64,000 nt of DNA from Halomonas sp. (lineage in GTDB: Bacteria; Pseudomonadota; Gammaproteobacteria; Pseudomonadales; Halomonadaceae), in assembly GCF_029263665.1 (NCBI RefSeq), contig NZ_JAJUFQ010000019.1, positions 18,604 to 82,603 of the forward strand, in the 5' to 3' direction. Below, in pieces: positions 58,978 to 64,000 of this stretch. A program made the position numbers and the translations under genes. Under the pieces are notes generated by a model. That model was not told where the DNA came from, ran no database searches, and saw only the letters and a program-made list of their open reading frames with translations. Positions within the stretch are counted from its first letter, which is position 1. Each line of letters opens with the position of its first letter.

Positions 58978-60936
58978 CTACTGAAACAGCAGAGGATCTA
59001 GAACACCCACGTGATAGCTCAAGGCAAGAATATGTCCCATGCCTACAAGAAAGCCCGCAACGCACATGGCCATACCGGTCGCTATCCAGGGCTTTACTCT
59101 TGCGACCAGCAGCAGGAAAAGCAGGGAGAACAGCGTAGCGGACAAGACAAACCCCAGCGCCATAATGGCGCCAATCAGCAGAAAGAACCCCACTATCCAG
59201 AACAGTTGTACGGTAATGGTCTGCTTCACCCAAGTGACTGGATGCAGCAAGTTCCGAGCCATCTCACACAGAAGTGCCAAGACCAGGATGCCAATGGCCA
59301 GCCATGGCATGATGCCGCCGGTCAACGACAATCCCCAAGTGTCGACCAGCGCCACTCCTGCCATCAGTAGCATGCCGATGATGATGACCAGATCTATTCT
59401 CCCTAGAGAGTTGGCAAAACCAGACGCGTTGCTCGAGGTTTCCCCATCTGATCCACGCGAGACTGCACGACGACGCAGCCAGACCTTTTTGAGCATAGGC
59501 ATGAACAGGATCGCGACAATCAGTGCTCCGACGATGAGCACTCCGGGACGCGAAAACGCCGACATGCCCTGGAACTGGACTGCTTGATAGAAATAGTTTT
59601 CAGCCCCTGGGGCAAGTACGAAACCGATCAGGAAGGCCGGTCGAGACCACCCTGCCTGCTTGAACAGGATGCCCACGGCCCCGATCACACCCAAGGCAAC
59701 GAGATCAGCAATGGATCGAGTCGCCTGATAAGCGGCGAACATGATCAGTACCATGATGATCGGTGCCAGGATAGTGAAACGGACCCGGGTCAGACTTGCC
59801 ACTGGTCGAGCCAACAGCAGGCACAGCGCCGCTCCCAGTACATTGGCCAGTGCCAGCGACCAGATGATGGTGTAGGTCAGGTCGAGATGCGTCTCGATCA
59901 TTCCAACCCCTGGCTGGAGCCCGAGCAACAGCAGACCGCCCAGGAAGATTGCCGCAGTTCCCGAACCTGGCACCCCAAACAGCAGTGTTGGCACCATGGC
60001 ACCACAAGCACAGGCATTGTTGGCTGACTCAGGTGCAATCACGCCACGTATATCGCCCTTGCCGAACTGGGACTTGTCGCGTGCAGACTGCACTGCATGG
60101 CCATATGTCATCCAGTCGACGACAGACCCCGCCAGACCGGGAATCGTACCTACGAGACTGCCAATGGCAGCACAGCGCGCAACAAGCCCTTTCTGTTCGC
60201 GGACATCTTTCAGCCCCCGCGCCCATCCTTCTCCCAGCCGGCATGGACGCTCGGAGATAGCACCACGCTTGAGCAACAACTCGACAATCTCGGGCAAGGC
60301 AAAAATCCCCAGGCCGACCACGACCAACGGCAGGCCGTCATAGAGATAATCGAGACCAAAATTCAGCCGAAACTCGCCTGTGGCAGGGGCCATGCCGATA
60401 ATGCCTACCAGCAGGCCCAGCCCACAGGCAGCAATCCCCTTGAACAGCTCCTTCCCGGACAGCACTGCGACCATGGAAAGCCCCAGCAGGGTGAGCATGA
60501 ACAATTCAGAGGAAGAGAAGGACAGCACCAAAGGCCGTGCAATGACAATGAAAGCAGAAAGTACTACCGCGCCAAGCAGCCCTCCAAGCATCGATGACAA
60601 GAAGGCACTGGACAGCGCGCGTGCCGCCTGGCCGCGCTTTGCCAGGGAGAAACCATCGACCACAGTGGCTTGAGAAGCACTGGATCCGGGAATGCCAAGC
60701 AACACTGAGGCAAAGGTATCGCCGGTGGGAATCACCGCCACCAGCCCCATCAACATCCCCAGGGCAACCGATGGTTCCATGCCATACAGGAAGGGCAGCA
60801 ACAATGACATTCCGGCAATGCCGCCAAGGCCCGGTATAATGCCGACCACCAGTCCCACCAATACGCCGATGGTCATGAATAGCAGATGAGAGACAGTAAA
60901 CAACTGGCTCAAGCTGGACAGCATGACATCAATCAT
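58978..60936 (-). CDS. TctA-family permease with a TctB-like C-terminal extension
   Basis: GIIPGLGG, LLGIPGSSAS, APESANNA and LLFGVPGS motifs; about 150 extra hydrophobic residues at the C-terminus; no separate tctB. Confidence 0.85.
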   Translation of the reverse strand: MIDVMLSSLSQLFTVSHLLFMTIGVLVGLVVGIIPGLGGIAGMSLLLPFLYGMEPSVALGMLMGLVAVIPTGDTFASVLLGIPGSSASQATVVDGFSLAKRGQAARALSSAFLSSMLGGLLGAVVLSAFIVIARPLVLSFSSSELFMLTLLGLSMVAVLSGKELFKGIAACGLGLLVGIIGMAPATGEFRLNFGLDYLYDGLPLVVVGLGIFALPEIVELLLKRGAISERPCRLGEGWARGLKDVREQKGLVARCAAIGSLVGTIPGLAGSVVDWMTYGHAVQSARDKSQFGKGDIRGVIAPESANNACACGAMVPTLLFGVPGSGTAAIFLGGLLLLGLQPGVGMIETHLDLTYTIIWSLALANVLGAALCLLLARPVASLTRVRFTILAPIIMVLIMFAAYQATRSIADLVALGVIGAVGILFKQAGWSRPAFLIGFVLAPGAENYFYQAVQFQGMSAFSRPGVLIVGALIVAILFMPMLKKVWLRRRAVSRGSDGETSSNASGFANSLGRIDLVIIIGMLLMAGVALVDTWGLSLTGGIMPWLAIGILVLALLCEMARNLLHPVTWVKQTITVQLFWIVGFFLLIGAIMALGFVLSATLFSLLFLLLVARVKPWIATGMAMCVAGFLVGMGHILALSYHVGVLDPLLFQ

Positions 60937-61056
60937 GACAGTCACTCTCTCTTGAAATGAGTGGAACCGGGACCGCTGACAAACCAAGGCGTTCGTATGC
61001 CAGCAGTCTCGAACCCAGCCTTGATGACTCTCCGTTATCAAGGCCTCGGATAACGA

Positions 61057-62190
61057 TCAGATCGAAGCGTCATGTTCGGTCTTGAGCCAGTTGGCAAGCC
61101 ATTCGCGCGTGCTGTCCTTGAGATCCATGGACTCATCCAGATGGCGTTGCACCACTTCCCCGATCACCGGCTCGTAAGGACCCAGCTGAGCTTGGGATTC
61201 TTGCTTGAAGGCGTCGCTGGCCACGAATTCCCTGGCGGCTTCACGATAGGTATCGATCAATTTCTGAGGGGCATCCTTCGGAACCATCACCAGCTTCTGC
61301 AGCGTGTAACCGGAGGCAAAGAACTTGCGATAAGCGGTGTACGCTTCGCCCGTTGGCATCTGGTTATCATTCAAGGAGGCATAGACTTCCAGGAAAGTCG
61401 GCAACTCCGGGAATGCGGGGTCGCGCACGATGTCTCCCTGATCATCCAGTATTCCCAAGGAAAACAGCGGAATCGCCTTGCCGTCATCAACCAGCGGCTG
61501 CACGCTGCTCAGATATGCCGAGGTTGTCTGGAAATCGATATCCGCCTCGCCCCGCTCAAAGGCCAACCTCCCTTCTCCTCGACTGCGCATGCCGAAAACG
61601 GCATCCACATCCACGCCGAGCAGATCCAATGCCAGCAGTACCGGCAACTCGACCCCCGTAGGGCTCTGAGCTGCCAGCTTGACCGGCGACGTCAATATGC
61701 TCGCCATCACTTCATCGGCGGACTCTCCCAGACGAGGTTGTGCGTACACCACACCTCCTGTTGGCGTGGCCAGAATAGGTGTCCAATCTGCATAGTCGTA
61801 GCGAACTCGAGGGTCACCCAACATGGCGGGGTATTGGGTGGAAGCCGATGTCCCGATCCAGTTGTCTCCCTTGTGACTGGCCCTGATCGAAAAGATGTTG
61901 GCTCCGTTGATGGATCCCCCGCCAGGCACGTTATCGATTACCACAGTGGGGTTGTCAGGCAGGCTATTGCTGAACCAGGGAGCGAAAAAGCGTGCCCAGA
62001 CATCCGTTCCACCGCCCACTCCAAAGGGGATTGTCCATTTGATCTGAGCGGGCACATCCGTGGATGCCTGAGCCTGTGGAGAAACGATTGCCGAGATAGC
62101 CACGGTGGACATGGCAATGGCCAGTGTCGCACCACGTGAGAATTTGCTCTGAGCAATAACTGCAGGAATATGCATGGCGTGATACCTCAT
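61057..62190 (-). CDS. TctC/Bug-family substrate-binding protein
   Basis: IPFGVGGGTDVWAR and NVPGGGSINGAN motifs; signal peptide. Confidence 0.85.
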   Translation of the reverse strand: MRYHAMHIPAVIAQSKFSRGATLAIAMSTVAISAIVSPQAQASTDVPAQIKWTIPFGVGGGTDVWARFFAPWFSNSLPDNPTVVIDNVPGGGSINGANIFSIRASHKGDNWIGTSASTQYPAMLGDPRVRYDYADWTPILATPTGGVVYAQPRLGESADEVMASILTSPVKLAAQSPTGVELPVLLALDLLGVDVDAVFGMRSRGEGRLAFERGEADIDFQTTSAYLSSVQPLVDDGKAIPLFSLGILDDQGDIVRDPAFPELPTFLEVYASLNDNQMPTGEAYTAYRKFFASGYTLQKLVMVPKDAPQKLIDTYREAAREFVASDAFKQESQAQLGPYEPVIGEVVQRHLDESMDLKDSTREWLANWLKTEHDASI

Positions 62191-62242
62191 GATTAAAGTT
62201 GTTATGTGATCCTGATGCTGTGCCTGAATCTTGGCGGGTGCA

Positions 62243-63385
62243 TCAGGAGCCCAGGGCAATGTCTACCACAGGGTCTGATGGCACAGGCGCTACCTTCCTC
62301 TGGGGTAACGCATAGAAGAGAGTCCCACTCATGATCTTGCGAGCTGTACGCACCAGGGATACCTGGGCCAGTTCATGGGGATTGCCGTCACGATGTTCGA
62401 CTCGGAGCTCCATGACACCGGACGGATGCTCGATGCACACGTCACACAGACACTGTCCTTGGCTGATTCGGCCAGCTTGAAGGGCTATGCGATTGGCGAT
62501 GGTGCCAGGCACACTGATGGCGGCCGATACCGCTATGCCACCGGTGACGGCAATGGCCTTGTGGCATCGGGCAGGAACGAAGTAGCGGGCGGTGAGAACG
62601 CCTTCTTTACTACGCGGTGCTGACAGCACCACCGGCTTGGGCAACACACTGTCACGAACATCTCCCAGTCCCATGCGCTGCCCGGCTTCAAGACGCAGAT
62701 ATTCCAGTCTCGCCAGGAGCTCTGCATCCATATCCATCTTTTCAGGCGTCTCATCGCCTTCCAGTCCCAGGTCATGCGCAGCCACCATCAACACCGGCGT
62801 GGCAGCGTCGAGACAGCTGACCTCGGTACCATCGATCATCTCCATGGCTTGGCCAGTGGGTAAGAGCGCCCCCGTCTTGGAGCCAGCAATATCGAGAAAA
62901 CTCAGACGAATACCCGCTGCCTGGCCAGGCACACCACTGATCCGGGTGTTGCCTTCATATATCACTCGGCGCCCAGGAGTGGGCACATGGCAGTCGATCA
63001 AGCGCTGGGTATTGATGTTGAAGACACGAACGATGGTCACTCCGTCTTCAGGCTCCACCAGGCCAGCTTCAATGGCATAGGGACCAACAGCCGAAAGCAT
63101 GTTGCCGCAGTTGGGACTGAAATCGACATGACGCTCAAGCACGTTGACCTGAGCAAAGAGGTAGTCGATATCGGCATCATCGCGCTCCGAACGCTCGACA
63201 ATGGCTACCTTGCTTGTCAGAGAATTTCCGCCGCCGATGCCATCTATCTGCAGTGCATGCCCCGAGCCCATGGCATTGAGTAGCAGTTCACTCAACTCCT
63301 GCTGATTCTGTGGCAGGTCACGCCTCCTCAGGAAAGGGCCGCGGGAAGTACCACCACGCATGATCACACAGGGAATGCTGTTCAT
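62243..63385 (-). CDS. PrpF/4-oxalomesaconate-tautomerase family isomerase
   Basis: MRGGTSRG, QIDGIGGGNSLTSK, NCGNMLSAV, CHKAIAVTG, EHPSG and RTARKIM motifs. Confidence 0.9.
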   Translation of the reverse strand: MNSIPCVIMRGGTSRGPFLRRRDLPQNQQELSELLLNAMGSGHALQIDGIGGGNSLTSKVAIVERSERDDADIDYLFAQVNVLERHVDFSPNCGNMLSAVGPYAIEAGLVEPEDGVTIVRVFNINTQRLIDCHVPTPGRRVIYEGNTRISGVPGQAAGIRLSFLDIAGSKTGALLPTGQAMEMIDGTEVSCLDAATPVLMVAAHDLGLEGDETPEKMDMDAELLARLEYLRLEAGQRMGLGDVRDSVLPKPVVLSAPRSKEGVLTARYFVPARCHKAIAVTGGIAVSAAISVPGTIANRIALQAGRISQGQCLCDVCIEHPSGVMELRVEHRDGNPHELAQVSLVRTARKIMSGTLFYALPQRKVAPVPSDPVVDIALGS

Positions 63386-63535
63386 GAGCCTTGCACCATT
63401 GTTCGGTCGTTAGTGGTGCAAGGATTGCAGCGAGGAAATAATGCTTCAAATGCAAATATCTACCTATAATAATCGACAAAACACATTAATCAGGTATACG
63501 CATTAATATGGCCAACATCATGCAAGGAAGAACAC

Positions 63536-64000
63536 ATGCAACATCGATTAGAATTCCTTGACCTGCAAGCCTTCGTGCAAGTAGCGGAACTTGGCACCTT
63601 TCATGAGGCGGCCAATCGCTTGCACTTGTCACAACCGGCGTTATCTCGGCGCATCCAGAAACTGGAAGAAGTTCTCGAAGTCACCCTGCTCGAACGCACG
63701 ACGCGTCGTACTCGCCTGACGCCAATCGGCATCGATTTTCTGGCCAAGGCAAGGCGCATGCTCGATGAGTACGAATCATCGATTATGGGTATTCGGGATC
63801 TGGCTACCCACCAGAAAGGCACCATCACCATCGCTTGCCTGCCGACGGCAGCGTTCTACTTCCTGCCCAGCGTGATTCGCGAATTCAATACCGCCTGGCC
63901 AGGCATTCGCATCCGTATTCTGGACGTCAGTGCCCATGAGGGACTGGAGAAAGTAATACGCGGAGAAGCAGATTTCGGCATCAACATGTTCAGTGCCCAG
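63536..64000 (+). CDS. LysR-family regulator, runs off window end (not in ORF track)
   Basis: MQHRLEFLDLQAFVQVAELGTFHEAANRLHLSQPALSRRIQKLE; divergent from the PrpF-like gene. Confidence 0.9.
   Translation, partial: MQHRLEFLDLQAFVQVAELGTFHEAANRLHLSQPALSRRIQKLEEVLEVTLLERTTRRTRLTPIGIDFLAKARRMLDEYESSIMGIRDLATHQKGTITIACLPTAAFYFLPSVIREFNTAWPGIRIRILDVSAHEGLEKVIRGEADFGINMFSAQ

Noticed and set aside
1-64000. tRNA, rRNA, tmRNA, RNase P, SRP or 6S RNA genes; retron or other reverse transcriptase
   Set aside because: No diagnostic motifs were recognised in intergenic regions or ORFs; a cmscan run would be needed to exclude them formally.

Overview
A GC-rich gammaproteobacterial chromosome segment, probably Halomonadaceae (inferred from gene content and order only). 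It has three parts. (1) ~1-32.5 kb is an accessory region of small regulator-plus-enzyme/transporter cassettes: five LysR, two AraC, MerR and ArsR regulators; MFS, EmrAB-like and CDF transporters; several hydrolases; a CstA/small CC-protein/ArsA-like operon; and an IorAB-type molybdoenzyme whose large subunit is frameshifted. (2) ~32.6-40.7 kb is a decaying toxin-antitoxin/defence-like island at the 3' end of guaA. It holds hipB plus a hipA pseudogene, two IS3-family remnants, an AT-rich Rx4H (HEPN-like) gene, a zeta-toxin-family gene with an unlisted 50-codon partner, and an intact coupled operon for a 582-aa helical protein and a 568-aa PD-(D/E)xK-like nuclease. (3) 40.7-64 kb is mostly core: guaA, guaB, a tctDE/tctCBA block, xseA, glrK-qseG-like-glrR, argA, and a second tripartite tricarboxylate transporter with a PrpF-family isomerase and a LysR. 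The strongest novelty candidates are the two-gene nuclease operon next to guaA and an apparently non-coding, structured ~440-nt sigma54/GlrR-type transcript upstream of glrK that carries CsrA-type GGA hairpins. No tRNA, rRNA, CRISPR array or integrase was recognised. All family assignments come from motif recognition by eye; no searches were run.
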